Of a stretch of DNA of 64,000 nt, positions 1 to 13,200 are shown one piece after another. This stretch comes from Chiloscyllium plagiosum. Its lineage: Eukaryota. The stretch lies in assembly GCF_004010195.1 (NCBI RefSeq), contig NC_057718.1, positions 61,094,233 through 61,158,232 on the forward strand, written 5' to 3'. The notes below the pieces were generated by a model. That model saw only the letters and a list, made by a program, of their open reading frames with translations, had not been told where the DNA came from and searched no databases. The position numbers and the translations under genes are program-made. Numbering within the stretch: position 1 is the stretch's first letter; each line of letters begins with the position of its first letter.

Positions 1-847
1 CTTGTAATGATTCCTGTGGATTAGAAGGTAACAAATATCATCACTCCCCATATATAAGAAACAAACCAGAGACAGAACAGGGAACAACAGGCCTGGCAGT
101 CTTATGTCAATACCTAGAACTATAATAAAGGGAATGATAGATAGAAACTTGAATACTAATGATTTGATTGAACATAGCAAAAATTTGAGAGTATATTTGA
201 TAAAACTGGAGATTTTGAAGACATTGCTAACAAAATTGACAAAAGAGAGCAGATGGGAATAGTACAGCTAGAGATTCATAAGGGTTTTGATAAAGTCCTT
301 CACAAGAGGCTTATTAGAAAAATGTAAACATATAGCTCAGGAGGTAAGTTACTTGCATGACTAACAAATGGAAAGCGGAGAGTGAGAATAAATGGGTATT
401 TCTTGCATTGGGAGGCAGTGGCTGGTGGGATACTGCAAGGATCAGTACTTGGGTCCAGCTGTTCACAATATAAACAATGATTTGGAGGTGGGGATCAAAG
501 ATAATATTTCCAGATTTATACATTATACGAAGCTAAGTGGGAGTGGAGGTCATGAGGAAAATTCAGGAGGATTTGGACAGGCTGAATGATCAGGCAAGAA
601 TAGGCAGATGGACTATAATGTGGAAAAATATGAGTTTAGCCATTTTGGTGGGTAGAACAAGGTGCAGTACATTTCTTAACCTGTAAGAGGTTGGAAAGTG
701 TTGATATACAAAGGTACTTAGAGGTCCTTGCTAATATGTCAATGAAGGCAAGTGCAACAAGCTGTTAGGAAGGCCAATTGAAAGTTACCCTTTTTTGCAA
801 TAGGATTTGAGCAGAGGAGTACTGAAGTCTTGCCCCAATTGCAAGAT

Positions 848-1315
848 TTTCTTCACTGGAGCTTAGGAGGTTGAGGGGTAACCTTATTGAAGTTTACAAA
901 ATCATGTGGGTTATAGATAAGGCAAATGACAAGAGTCTTTTCCCTAGAGTGGGCGAGTTCAAAAGGAGGTGGGGCAACTTTTATTTTTTCCTGAAGAAGG
1001 GCTCATGCCCGAAGCATCGATTCTCCTGCTCCTTGGATGCTGCCTGACCTGCTGCGCTTTTGCAGCAACACATTTTCAGCAACTTTTATTTTTACTCAGT
1101 GTGGTTCATGTGTGAATGAATTGCCAGAAAAAGTGGTGGATGCAGGGACAGTACAATGTTTAGAAGACATTTAGATAAGTCCGTGAGTAGGAAAAGTTTG
1201 AAGGGATATGGATCAAGTGAAGGCAGGTGAGAATACTTTAATTTGGGAACATGGTCAACAAGGACGGGTTGGATAGAAGAGTGTGTTTCCATGCTGTATG
1301 ACTCTATGACGCTAT
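848..1315 (+). mobile_element. CR1 (HER1-type) 3' fragment nested in the older CR1
   Basis: RLRGNLIEVYKIM-type ORF2 end and 'gtttccatgctgtatgactctatgac' tail. Confidence 0.85.
989..1078 (+). mobile_element. Penelope-like element (PLE family 1) terminal fragment with decayed hammerhead
   Basis: CTGAAGA-A-GGGC-tcat-GCCC-GAAgC; 15-bp TSD gcaacttttattttt at 974-988 and 1079-1093. Confidence 0.85.
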
Positions 1316-2739
1316 GCACAAACATTTGATTAGACAGCACCTGGAGTCCAGAGTGCACTTTTGGTCTCATTATCTCAGGAAAGATACAGTGAGAGTGCAA
1401 AAAAGTTCACCAGTTTCCAGGTTGTCAGACTGTCCTGTGAAGAGAGATTGGACAAATGGTGCCAGTATTTTCTAGATTGATGAAAATAATCTAATTGAAA
1501 TTTAGAAATACTTAAAAGGTTAGACAGGATAGATGCAGGTTAATTATTTCCCCCCTCCTCCCAGCTGGGTGTCAAGAACCAGGGGCATAATTTAATGACA
1601 TTGTGGAAGCCATATAGATCTAACATTACGAGAGCTTTCTTTACTCAGAGATTATAATCTTTACCACAGAGGGGTGGGTTACATTTGAGTACATTTAAGG
1701 TATGGGTGGCACATTTTTCACTATTAGTTTTGATATACAGAGTTGTGGGGATGGGCTGGGTAAAAGTTGTTCAAGTTTTCAATCCGCCATGATTAAATGA
1801 TGGGATAGCCTCAAATGGGCTGAATGATCTACTCCTGTTCCCTCATTCCTTGGATTGGGTTGGTTACCCTCCTAGAGGGAAAAATCAATAATACTTGGAA
1901 ATGAATGTATTAGTTGTCCTGGTTGGAGCCCCCGTCTTGTGGCCTCAGTTAAAGTTAGAAATAGATAGGTTGGAAGCAAATTTGAGTCAGAAATAGCTTT
2001 CTCAGCTTTTAACCTCATGTTTGACCCTAACCTACTTGAATCATTTGAAATTTCGACTTGGAGTTTGAGCTTTATCTGGGTAAACTGTCCAATGTTCACT
2101 GTGTTGTTAAGACACTTCATAAAGTTAAGTACTTGCAATGTACTTGGTGTAGCAGGGACACATTCTTATGTATTAAAGAAATATAATGAATGAGTGAGTA
2201 ACACTGTTCCCCACTAAGATTTGAGATTTCTTAAAGCTTCCTTTATTCAAATGAAAATACTGGTGGCCTTATCCTTTTTGAAGAAGTTGGATAAGGGAGG
2301 CATATTAAACAATGCTACCTTACTTGCGTCTGCTCAGTTATAATGACTCAGGCTCATGCAAGTCAAATCACATCGTACACCTTAAGCTTCTCATGCACAT
2401 TGATACTCTATGCTACGGATGAAGCTGGAATGGTCAGACTGTACAGTCAGCTTCAATAGATTATATACACTTAAGAATACTTGACAGTATAATTCTTAAA
2501 GCTTATTAGGTCATATTTGGACCAAGTAAGTACATTCATGAGTTAATCTTAATATGACTGTAACACTGAGCGACATGAAGCAGGTTTCAGTATACTGCAA
2601 ACTAGTTTTGACACTTATTGGAAATAAGGTAAAATGAACACTATAAAATTCACCATTTGATGTAAATCTGTTCTTTAAGTTTCCTTCCCATAAAAAAAGA
2701 CATGTTTGCCAAGTGACCAATTCAATACCACCATTTTGG

Positions 2740-3478
2740 TAGAGGTCAGTTAGCTGGGTGGTTGGGTTTCAATGGAGCATTGGTTCAGTTCCTGCACTAG
2801 CTCAGGTTACCATGAAGGCCTAAAGAACAAAGAAGAACAGGAAACAACACAGTATGGCACCAGCCCATAGGCACTCCAAGCCTGAGCCAACACATTTTGC
2901 CCTTCTATTCTAAAACTGTCTTCACTTATGGTACGGATTGGCACATTTTTGATTATTAGTATCATATGCAGGGATATGGAGATTGGCTGGGTAAACATTG
3001 TTCAATCCACGTTTTCAATCCACCATGATTGACTGATGGGATAGCCTGAAAAGGGTTGAATGGCTTACTCCCGTTCCTATGTTCCTTGGATTTGGGTTGG
3101 TTACCCTCCTAGAGGGAAATACCAATAATACTTGGGAAATGAATATATCCCTCTGTTCCCTTTCTACTCATATATTCGTCCATATGTTTCTTAAATGCTG
3201 TTATCGTGTCTGCTTCCACCACCTCTGGCAGCACGTTCCAGGTACTCTCCACCCTTTGTGTGAAAACCCCCCCGGCTCATCTCTTTTAAACTAGCCCTTT
3301 CCCCCAGCTCCCACACCTTGAACCTGTGCCCCCTAGTAATTGACCCCTCCACCCCAAGTATGAAAATTATCCTTCTCATCCTCACTCCTCATCTGAGGTA
3401 AGGTGACCCTCAAGTTAAAACACCATCAGTCATCTCTCGCTAGTAACAGAGTGGGACTATGCTGACTTTATCTTTACC
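2740..3478 (+). mobile_element. tRNA-derived SINE split by nested insertions (pieces ~2740-2821 and ~3386-3478)
   Basis: A-box-like 'ggtcagttagct', B-box-like 'ggttcagttcc'; body resumes 'ctgaggtaaggtgaccctcaagttaaa' after the insert. Confidence 0.6.
2822..3385 (-). mobile_element. CR1 3' fragment, itself interrupted at ~2930-3148
   Basis: Minus-strand 'EGSITRGHRFKV' ORF2 C-terminus; tail near 2822-2840. Confidence 0.75.
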
Positions 3479-4959
3479 ACCATTTTATACTTTGCTCAAG
3501 TCAAAATGACACCCTACCTGCACTTACTGTTCTATCATTAATTCATCATAAATTACAGTTTTAGTGAGATAATGTATTAATGCTAGATTTATATTGCTAA
3601 TGGTATTGACTAAACACAACAATTCTAGCATGAGAACATTCTGCTAGTATTTTTATTAGGTAATTTTTTATCATTAATGTCAGCGCAGAATTCATGCAGA
3701 AGGCCAACCAACCAGTAATTGGGGTACACACAATGGCAATGAAATTGGTCTGTGCCTGTCGCATGAAATGCAGTCAATGGGGAATTGGTTTACAAATGCC
3801 CTATTGTCCTTTTCAGGTAAAAGATGGCTTCACTTTTGCTTTTGTACACCTACCATTGCTGTCCAAGTTGAACTTCACTTTGCAATTTCCTAATTTAAAA
3901 TCGGTGTTGGTGATTCACCCTTACACAATAACTAAATTTTGAAACTACTAACGTTGAAAGTATAGTCCCTCTGTGCCATTTATGAATTTAAATCATAAGC
4001 CTATTCTTTACAAACAGCTTCACAAATTTACTACAAATCACAGAGAGAAGTAATCATCCCTCTTAGATACTAAAAACAATGAAATGTTAAGTACCTCACA
4101 GAAATCGATTTTTCATGTGTGGTGCATTGTCACTTGGTTGGAATTCTCTAATTATTTCATTTCAGCAACTTTTCTTATTATGGGATAATTCACATTCTCT
4201 TGCATTAATCTATTTAATGAAGGTCTGAGTACATAGAGACCACCTGGCTGATTGATTCTGTATATAGAAAGTTGACCTCAAATTGAGATGCAGATCACTA
4301 GATATGGGACACAGAAGCTTTAATGGTTGGAAATTAATGCAAGCGTAGGAGCTGGAAAAGTATTTTGTGCTGCTTCAGTGTGACAATAGCAACAGAAATG
4401 CATGACCCTAGTTGGCAGTACCTCTGGAAAGCAAACAATTAGAGGTATGAAAGATTTAATAGATGTAATAATCTATATAATAGTCATTTAGCACATTTAA
4501 TTATTTGTATGGTTTTGTAAGATACATTTAGCTCTGCATTTTCAGTAATGTTGAGGTTGTAAAGTAAGGGTCATGGACTCATAATTGGTTAGAATTGCTA
4601 GACATCTGCTGCTGTACAGTTGAAAGATTAATAGGTTTATGCAGTGATAATATTAAACCAAAGAGCTATTGATTGTTGATGTCCAGTTATTGTAGGTTTG
4701 CTTATTAAAGCCAAGGATAATTGTTTTTGAATGATCACATGATTCATGGTTAAGTGCTGTACCATATACATGTTACTCTAATTTCTGACTTGAATCCAAG
4801 TGATGAAAAGTAATGCTCAATGAGTTGAAATGGAAGCAACCAATTTACGACCTCAGTTATAAGTAACATAACTGAGACAAATTTTTGAGGTAATGTTGCA
4901 GAAATGTAAACACAAAAATTAAAATGTAAAAAAAGGAGTAGGCCATTCAACCTTTTCAG

Positions 4960-5063
4960 TTGAAACTTTATTGCTGGAACAGCACAGCAGGTCAGGCAGC
5001 ATCCAGGGAACAGGAGATTCGACGTTTCGGGCACAGGCCCTTCTTCAGGAATGGGCCTGAAGA
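4960..5063 (-). mobile_element. PLE family 1 terminal fragment
   Basis: 15-bp TSD attcaaccttttcag at 4945-4959 and 5064-5078; contains an intact hammerhead core. Confidence 0.9.
5017..5052 (-). ncRNA. Minimal type I hammerhead ribozyme (PLE family 1), core intact
   Basis: Sense AUUC-CUGAAGA-A-GGGC-cugu-GCCC-GAAAC-GUC-GAAU: 4-bp stem I, 4-bp stem II, palindromic ACGU stem III, GUC site. Confidence 0.85.
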
Positions 5064-5329
5064 ATTCAACCTTTTCAGCCCACTCAACCATTCAATGAGA
5101 TAATGGTCGATGTTTTACTTCAATACCATTTTCCTGAAGTATTCCTATGTCTTTTGATGTTTTAAAATGTAGAAATCTATCAATCTTCAACATGCTCAAC
5201 AACTGAGTCTTCACATCCCTGTAGAGCAAGGAATTCCAAAGATTTATTTGTATTTGATTGAAAAACTTTTTCTGAATCTCAGTTATATATGGCCTGCTCC
5301 TTATTCTGAGGCTGAGAGCTGTGAGGAAG

Positions 5330-5790
5330 ATAATGTAGAAATCAGGAGGGGAGATACAGGCTGATGGAATGGATGAACAAGGGGCAGATAAAATTTAATG
5401 CACATAAATGTGTAGTGATTCATTTTGGTGGAAACATTGAAAAGATACAACATAAAAAGAGGCTATAGTTCTGAAGGGCAAGCTGAGAAAGTGGTAAATA
5501 AAGCATACGGGTCTCAGAAATTTATAAGTGGCAATATTAGATGTCAAAATCAATGAAATTATGATGAACATTTGTATAATGCGATTCAACCTCAGCATGA
5601 CTACTCTGGACAGTACACATTAGGGAAGATGTGAATTAATTTAGCATTAGTACAGAGAAAAATTAGGAGACTGTTTCCAGAGATATGGAATACTTGTTAT
5701 ATAGATAGATTGGAAAAGTTGGGGCTCTTCTCCTTATAGAAGATGATTAAGGGAAGATGTGGCAGGGCTGTTCAAAATTATAAGAGGTCT
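5330..5790 (+). mobile_element. Decayed CR1 ORF2 fragment
   Basis: W..K.Q.KFNA.KC.V.HFG and RLEKLGLFSL.RR motifs. Confidence 0.7.
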
Positions 5791-5794
5791 GGAT

Positions 5795-6395
5795 CTGGTC
5801 ATTCCTTGTGGCTGCTTCAGGTGTGGCTGATGATGAGGTTGAATTCCAATGGCCCATGTTTCCTTGGGGCCTCTTCAGCACCTTTGCGGCAGCATGGTGG
5901 GTCTGACCTGGCTTGGGACTTTCTTCGGCAGCTTTAGTGGCATCCGAGGACACCTTTTGGTGGCTTTGGCACAGCCTTGAACTCCTCCTGGCAGTTATAG
6001 TGGCTGTTTTCGTCAGCATTGGCCTGGGTCTCCCTGGAGTGGTTTCAGCCATCTGTGACTCCATGTGACATTTTCTTTGGTATCGTGATGGGTCCGGCCT
6101 GGGATTCCAATAGGGAGTCAGGTTCTTGAGCCCAGAGCTGTGAAATGGACTTGGTGTACTTAGTCTTAGATTATTTTCTTTTGTTGCCCTTCTTTGTTAT
6201 GTTATCGTGGAAGGATGGTTATTTGAACTTTTTATTTCATTATTTTTCTATTTATTTTTATCCTAAGAATTTGTAATCAAGAGTCCATATCTAGCTACTT
6301 TTGGTCCTAAGATGATGCCAAAAGTGACAACCTGTTAACTTTTCACTGTACTCATTTGAGTACATGACAATAAATCTAATTCAATTCAATTCAAC
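5795..6395 (+). mobile_element. Non-coding retroelement with Rex1/Babar-like 3' tail (5'-truncated)
   Basis: Ends 'ttttcactgtactcatttgagtacatgacaataaa' + (aattc)n, like the tail of the Rex1 copy at ~55955. Confidence 0.55.
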
Positions 6396-7304
6396 TCCTG
6401 TTCAGACATGTTACAAGATTTAATTTGCAAACTGTAACTATCATTGCCCTAATCCATATTACAATCTGCATTTTCAATGTCAATTTTCCCACTGTAATTT
6501 CATAAGTTCAGATTTATGTTTGAAATTGCCTATGTAAACTAGTCATGCTGTAATAACACCCTTGTTTCAGTGGTGGCACCATAGTCCTTTCATTGTGCAT
6601 CAAAATATTACATGAAATTGAGAACAAAACATATGATTTTAAATTAAGATCAAATCAGTTTTTGCACAAAATACCCTAATTGACTCCTTTCCTCTAATTC
6701 CCATCACCTCAAGATTATGCATGACCTTCACTCCTCACACACGATGGTGCAGGAGATTGACAAACATGAACTGCATGGAGAGAATAGCAAAAGGTGCTCA
6801 GATTAATAATAAAGGTGGCAGACATTTTCATTTTTGAGAAATGAAACATTGACATCGCCATTGTGATCAGTTGATGCTGAGCTCCCTGGGCATGTTGAAT
6901 TTCCTATACATTAAGGCAAGTCAATCAGGAGACAATTATTTGGCAAATCAAAAAAAGGCAACTTCTGCAGCATTGAGCTCCTTCTGTCCATGGATAGCAG
7001 CTTAGCAAATTGCTCAGGAGAGTGATTGTTGGTGAGTTCTGAGAAGCTGTTCAGCCAAATTCTTTGCAATGAGGCCATCTACACAGAAAGTGCACTGAGT
7101 AAAGTTGAACAAGCCTCTGCAGGCCAGGCATGACAAATCAGCGAGAAGAACGAACTCTTATTTAATGCACACTAAAACATGCTAATAGAAAATTAGCTGC
7201 CCCAGGCTTTGAAATTATGCAACATGAATATTAGCATTTGAATTTAATACATCTGAATATAATTCAAATTACCAGTTATCTTAATGGAATTGCTAATGCA
7301 TTTA

Positions 7305-8015
7305 TAAGATTATAAGAAATAGGAGCAGGAGTAGGCCATTTAGGCCATCAAGCCTGCACTATCACAGTAGATCTGATTGTGGCTTTAATCCCACTTCCGT
7401 ATGCGACATAACCATCAATTTGCCTGTCAATCAAAAACATGTCCACTTCACCCTCGATTAAATTCACTGAGTCAGCCTCCATTGCTTAATATCAGTGCTT
7501 CCTGAAACATTTCCCATTTTGAGGCTTGAAAGTTGTTGTGACCCCTCAGTGAGAACTGTTGGTGCAGGATGACAGCTATCCAAATACTATAATAAGGTCA
7601 GAGCTCTGCAGTGACTGCTGATGGTGCCTCAGGGGTCACAACATCAAACTATGAGCTTACAACACCACTTGGAGTCTTGATCTCCATTTTGGGGAGCTTG
7701 ACATGGAAGAAAACTGAAAAGGCTAACACAAGCTTCTGAGAGAAGAAATCCTTCCTCATCTCCATCTTAAATATAAATTCCCATAATGTTAAGGTTCATT
7801 TTCTAGTCTTCGATTCCTCAATAAGTGGAACTATGCTGTCAACATTTACCTTGTCAGACCCTGTCAGAATCTATGTTTCAGTAAGATTACATATTATCCT
7901 TCTAAACTCTAATAACTAAAAGCTCAGCCTGTTCATACTCATAAGATAACCTCTTCAATTCAGAAATCACTCCAGTAAACTTTACCTGAACTGCTTTTTT
8001 AAACCATAATTTTGA
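7305..8015 (-). mobile_element. CR1 3' fragment (interrupted ~7490-7730)
   Basis: 'ataagaaataggagcaggagtaggccatt' tail; resumes 'ttctgagagaagaaatccttcctcatctcc'. Confidence 0.7.
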
Positions 8016-8524
8016 TAGGGGAAAGGAAACAATGGTCTGCAAAATTGGGGTAAGGCAGATTGTATTAAAACAAGGCAGGATCTGGCAAAAGTAGACTGGG
8101 TACAGCTATTTGAGGGTGAATCGATAGGAGAACCGTAGGAAGTGCTCAAAAGGAAATTGGTTAGAGAACAGGCGCAGCATGTTCCCTTTAGGGTGAAACA
8201 CGGGAGCAACAAGCCCAGAGAACCCTGGACATCTAGGAACATTCAGAACTGGATAAAAAGGAAAAGAAAGGCGTATAAAGGTACAAAGGGGGCAAATCAA
8301 TGGAAACCCCAGTAAAGTACAGAAAGTGCAAGAGGAATATTAAGAAAGGTATCAGAAATGCAAAGAAGGGGCATGAAGAAACAGTGGTGGGCTAGATTAA
8401 AGAAAATCCCAAGGAATTTGCCAAGTACTTCTAGGAGAAGAAAACAACCAGGCAAAGAGTCGGGGCTATTAGGGACCAAGGGGGATATCTCTGTGTGTGG
8501 AGCCAGAGGGCATTGATAGAGTGT

Positions 8525-8692
8525 TAGCTGAAACTGACAACCGGAAGCGGCAGGGACAGACCACTATAAACACCGGAGGAAACATCAAAGAAGCGCTTCG
8601 CAGGAGGCTCCCAAGCACTGATGATGTCGCCTAGCCAGGGGACGAAACGTTTGCAACAAAAACTTCCAGCTCGGCGAACAGAACCACAACAG
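8525..8692 (+). mobile_element. PLE family 2 terminal fragment
   Basis: Same family as 43964-44296; contains a hammerhead. Confidence 0.85.
8615..8654 (+). ncRNA. Minimal hammerhead ribozyme (PLE family 2)
   Basis: GCA-CUGAUGA-U-GUCGCCU-agcc-AGGGGAC-GAAAC-GUU-UGC: 3-bp stem I, GUU site. Confidence 0.8.
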
Positions 8693-9449
8693 GTAACACC
8701 TAACAAATCTGGTTGAATATTTGAGAAGACAGCCAGGAGTGTAGTGGAGGGAAGTGCAGTTGATGTAGTTTGTACAAATTTCAGTAAGGTATTTGACAAG
8801 GTCCTATTTCACATGGGAGATTGATAAAGAAGGTAAAAGCACATGGAATCAAGGGTAACTTGGCAAGTTGGATCCTAAACTGACTTAATGACAGGAAACA
8901 GAGTGTAGAAGGCTGTTTGTGTGACTGGCGGCCGGTGTGCAGTGGTACACCACAGGGATTAGTGTTGGTTGTATATTGTTCATAATACATATAAACAATA
9001 TAGATGAGAATATGGATGATAAGTAAGTTTGCAGATGACTTAAAGATGAGCCAGGTGGTTCACAATGAGGAAGAAGGCCTTAGTTTCAGGAAGATATAAA
9101 TGGATTGGTCAGATGGTAGATAGAACTTAACTCTGATAAGTATGTGGTGATGCACTTTGGAAGTGAAAGTAAAGGGAGTACTCAATCAATGGTAAGATAC
9201 ATGGAAGTTCAGAAAAACAGAGGGATCTTAGGGTGCTTGTCCACTAATCCCTGAAGGTCAAAAGGCAAGTTAATAGGGTAGTTAAGAATGCATATGAGGC
9301 ACTTGCCTTTATAAGCTGAGTCAAAGATTCTAAGAACAGGAAGGTAATACTGGAACTGTACAGAACTATGGTTAGGCCACAGCTAGAGTACTGTGTACAG
9401 TTCTGGTCACCACACTACAGGAAGTATGTCATGCAGTCGTTGAGCCAAA

Positions 9450-10105
9450 GAGACAGCACAGGAAAAGGTCCATCAAATTTGCCTTGGTCTAAACAAGCCA
9501 CCTAACTATTCAATTCTTATTTTCCAGCACTTGGCCTGTAGTTTTGTCTTGGCGTTGCAAGTGCAAATTTATATACTTCTTACATGTTATGAGGATTTCT
9601 ACCTGTACCATTCTAACAGGCAGTGAGTTCCAGATTCCCACCACATTCAAGGTGAAAACAGTTTTCCTCACATCCTCTCTAAATCTCTTGTCTCTTACTT
9701 TAAATCTATGCCTTCTACTCATTGATCCCTCCACCAAAGTGAAATGTTTCTTCCTGTCTAATCTATCTATGCCCCTCATAATTTGGTACATCATAATCAT
9801 GTCCCCCTTTGGTCTTGAATGTTGCAAGGAAAACAATTCCAGTCCATTCAACCCCTCTTCTTAGTCAAAACTCTCCAGCCCAGGCAATATGTTGGTAAAT
9901 ATCCAATGCACCCTCTCCAGTACAATCACATCACTCCTATAATCTGTATTTTAGAACTGCATACAACACTGTAGTTGTGACCTGACCAAGTTTTTATACA
10001 TTTCCAGCATAACCTCATGCTCTTAAACTCTTTGCCTTGGCTAATAAAGGTGAGTACCCCATCTGACTTCTTAACCATGTTATCTACCTGTCCTGCAACT
10101 TTAAG
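9450..10105 (-). mobile_element. CR1 3' fragment
   Basis: ORF 9510..9851 'LELFSLQHSRPKGDMIMMYQIMRGIDR...VVGIWNSLP'. Confidence 0.85.
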
Positions 10106-10297
10106 GAGTGGATGTGATTGCACTGGAGGGAATTCACCACGATATTGTCTGGGATGGAATGGTTTAACTATGAAGAGATGCTGGATATGCTTGAATTGTT
10201 TTCTCTAGAACACAGAAGGTTGAGGGGGATCTGATAGAGGTGTATAAGGTAATGAGGGAATGGACATGGTGGATAGAAAGATGATGGATTCTGGGTA

Positions 10298-13200
10298 GTC
10301 CAAGATGGAGGATGGGAAAAAATTGTAGCTATAAGAGCTGACCCTTTTTTGAGGTATTTTCAGTGTTGTAGCTGATTGCCTTAAGTTCTAAGAACAGAAA
10401 TTACTGTTTTATAAGCTGTTGTATTGTTTTGGAATTTTGGAGAAAAAACATCAAAACAACGGCACTTTAAAGAGGAGGAAGAGAGACAAAGACTGAGATC
10501 ACATGATCTATGAGAGCGCGAGAGAGAGAGAAACTTATGCTGCTGTCTGACACAGCAGTGAATCTGCTATCAGAGTTCAAGCATCCATCGACATCGGAAG
10601 TGCATCTAAGAAAAATTAACAAAAAGTGAAATTCACAGCTGACCTTGGAAATAGCTTTTTGGGAGAGTTCACAGCAGAGGAGCAGATAAGTGTATGGTTT
10701 TTAAGTGTAGCCTTGCTGTCTTTTTTTAATAGTAAGTAGAGTGAGTTATTTTTAGTTATATGTTTTTTGAGATCTGTCTCTTGATTTAAATTTAAAAATA
10801 CAAAACATAGGTATTAAGTTAACCTGGAGCAGTGTTTTTTAGAGCAGTAAGACTACATTATTTTCTCAGTATGTTGATTGTTAAAGTGCAAAGTTGGCCT
10901 TCAGTAGAGTGATGTGCTCTTCCTGTCATATGCGAGAGATTAAGGACAGTTTCTACATTACTGATGATTATGTCTGCAGTAAATGTCTTTGGTTGTGAAT
11001 CCTATCAAATTACATGGATGGGTTTGAGCTGCAGTTAGAGGCAATGAGGAATTTGCAGGAGCCAGGGGGTGTGATGGATGGCAGTTATAGGAAGAGATAA
11101 AAAATGCAGATATGGTCAGGTAGATGGATTCCCTCCAGGGAAGGTAGGAGAGGGAGGCAGGTAGTGCAGGAGTGCTGCAAGTGCTACAAGTATGCTGTTT
11201 TGGAAAATTTAAGGGGTGATGGACTCTCAGGGGAGTGTAGCATGAACAGCCAAGTTTATGGTACCAAGACTAGCTCAAATATAATGAGAGGTATGTCAGG
11301 TTCCAAACTGGATATGCTCAAATTGTCTCTTGTCAGAGTCTCAGATGGACACTGAAGAAATCAGAATGGTGTGTTGGTTCCCTGATGCCAGGATCAAGGA
11401 TATCTCAGAGAGAGTGCAGAATATTCTCAAAGGGGAGTGGGACCAGCAGGGGGTCATTGAACACATTGCAACTAATGACATATGAAGGGAAAAGGATGAG
11501 ATTCTGAAGGGAGAATGCAAGAAGTTAGGCAGAAATTTAGAAAGGTGGCCCTCGAGGGTAGTAATATCTGGATTACTCCTGGTGCTACGAACTGCTGAGG
11601 GTAGTAATAGAAGGATAGAGCAAATGAATGAGTGACTGAGGAGCTGGTGCAGGAGAGAAGGGTTCACATTTTCGGCTCTTTGGAATTTCTTCTGGGTAGA
11701 AATGACCTGTATAAGAAGGATGGATTGCACCTGAATTGGAAGGGAACTAATATACTGGCAACAACTGCTTGGGAGGATTTAAACTAGAAAGGTGGGGATA
11801 TGGGACCCAGGGAGATTGTAAAGAAAGAGATCAATCTGAGACTGGTACAGTTGGGAAAAGGAGCGAGTCAAACAGTCAGGACAGACAGGAACAAAGCAAA
11901 GAACAAGATTGGACTAATAAATTAAACTGCATGTATTTCAATGCAAGAGGCCTAACAGGGAAGGCAGATGAGCTCAGGGCATGGTTAGGAACGTGGGACT
12001 GGGATATCATAGCAATTACAGAAACATGGCTCAGGGATGGACAGGACTGGCAGTTTAATGTTCCAGTGTATAGATGCTACATCAAGAATAGAAAGGGGGA
12101 AGGGGAGGGGGAGGGGCAGGCAAGAGAGGAGGAGGAATGACATTTTTAAAAAGGGATAACGTTACGGCTAAACTAAGGCGGGATATTCCTGGGAATTTGT
12201 CCAGGCAAGTTAGTTGGGTGGAACCGAGAAATAAGAAAGGGATTATCGCCATATTGGGATTGTACTATAGACCCCAAAATAGTCAGCAGGAAATTGAGAA
12301 ACAAATTTGAAGGAGATCTCAGTTACCTGTAAGAATAATAGGGTGATTATGGTCGTAGACTTTTAAGTTCCAGGCATAGACTGGGACTGCCATAATGTTA
12401 AGAGTTTATTCAGAGAGGAATTTGTTTCGTGTGTACAAGAAAAATTTTCTGATTCAGTATGTGGATGTACCTACTAGAGAACATGCAAAGCTTGACCTAC
12501 GAAGAACAAAGAAAATAACATCACGGGAACAGGCCCTTCGGCCCTCCAGGTCTGTGCTGATCCAGATCCTCCATCTAAGGATCTGGATCCAGCTGCTCCC
12601 TCCCCATTCATGTATCTGTCTAGATACATCTTAACTGATAACATCATGCCCACCTCTACCACCTCCACTTGCAACATGTTCCAGGCACCCACCACCCTCT
12701 GCATAGCGAAATTTCCACACATATCTCCCTTAAGTTTTTCCCCTCTCACCTTGAACTCATGACGTCTAGTAATTGAGTCCACAACTCTATGAAAAAGTTT
12801 CTTGTTATCCACCCTTGTGGATCCAAACTAACATCTATCCCTACTCTTGGGAAATAAGGCAGGGCAGGTGACTGAGCTGTCAGTGGGGGAGCACTTTGGG
12901 GCCAGCGACCATAATTCTATTAATTTAGAATAGTGATGGAAAAGATAGACAGGTTCTAAAAGTTAAAATTCTAAATTGAAGGAAGGCCAATTTTGATGGC
13001 ATTAGGCAAGAACTTTCAAATGTTGATTGGGGGCAAATATTCACAGGTAAAGGATTGGCTGGAAAATGGGAAGCCTTCTGAAATGAGATAAGTCCAGACA
13101 GTCCAGAGACAACATATTCCCTTTAGGATGACAGGAAAGGCAGATAGGTGGTGAGAATGCTGGATGGCTAAAGAAGTTGAGGGCTTGGTTAAGAAAAAAA

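Larger units (their letters stand above)
1..1850 (+). mobile_element. Old CR1 LINE fragment (ORF2 RT to 3' end), interrupted at ~848-1315
   Basis: Decayed RT motifs (QYLGPAVHNINNDLEVGIKDNISRF = QGSVLGP...INDL...SKFADD) and CR1 3' tail 'gggctgaatgatctactcctgttcct' at ~1820-1845. Confidence 0.8.
4930..5310 (-). mobile_element. CR1 3' fragment containing a PLE insert
   Basis: 'ggagtaggccattcaacc...caaccattcaatgagataatgg' is the reverse complement of a CR1 3'UTR. Confidence 0.75.
8020..10290 (+). mobile_element. CR1 ORF2 fragment with nested PLE and antisense CR1
   Basis: NWGKAD, IKENPK.F, SGTPQG, SKFADD, LVRPQLEYCVQFWSP motifs with frameshifts. Confidence 0.85.
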
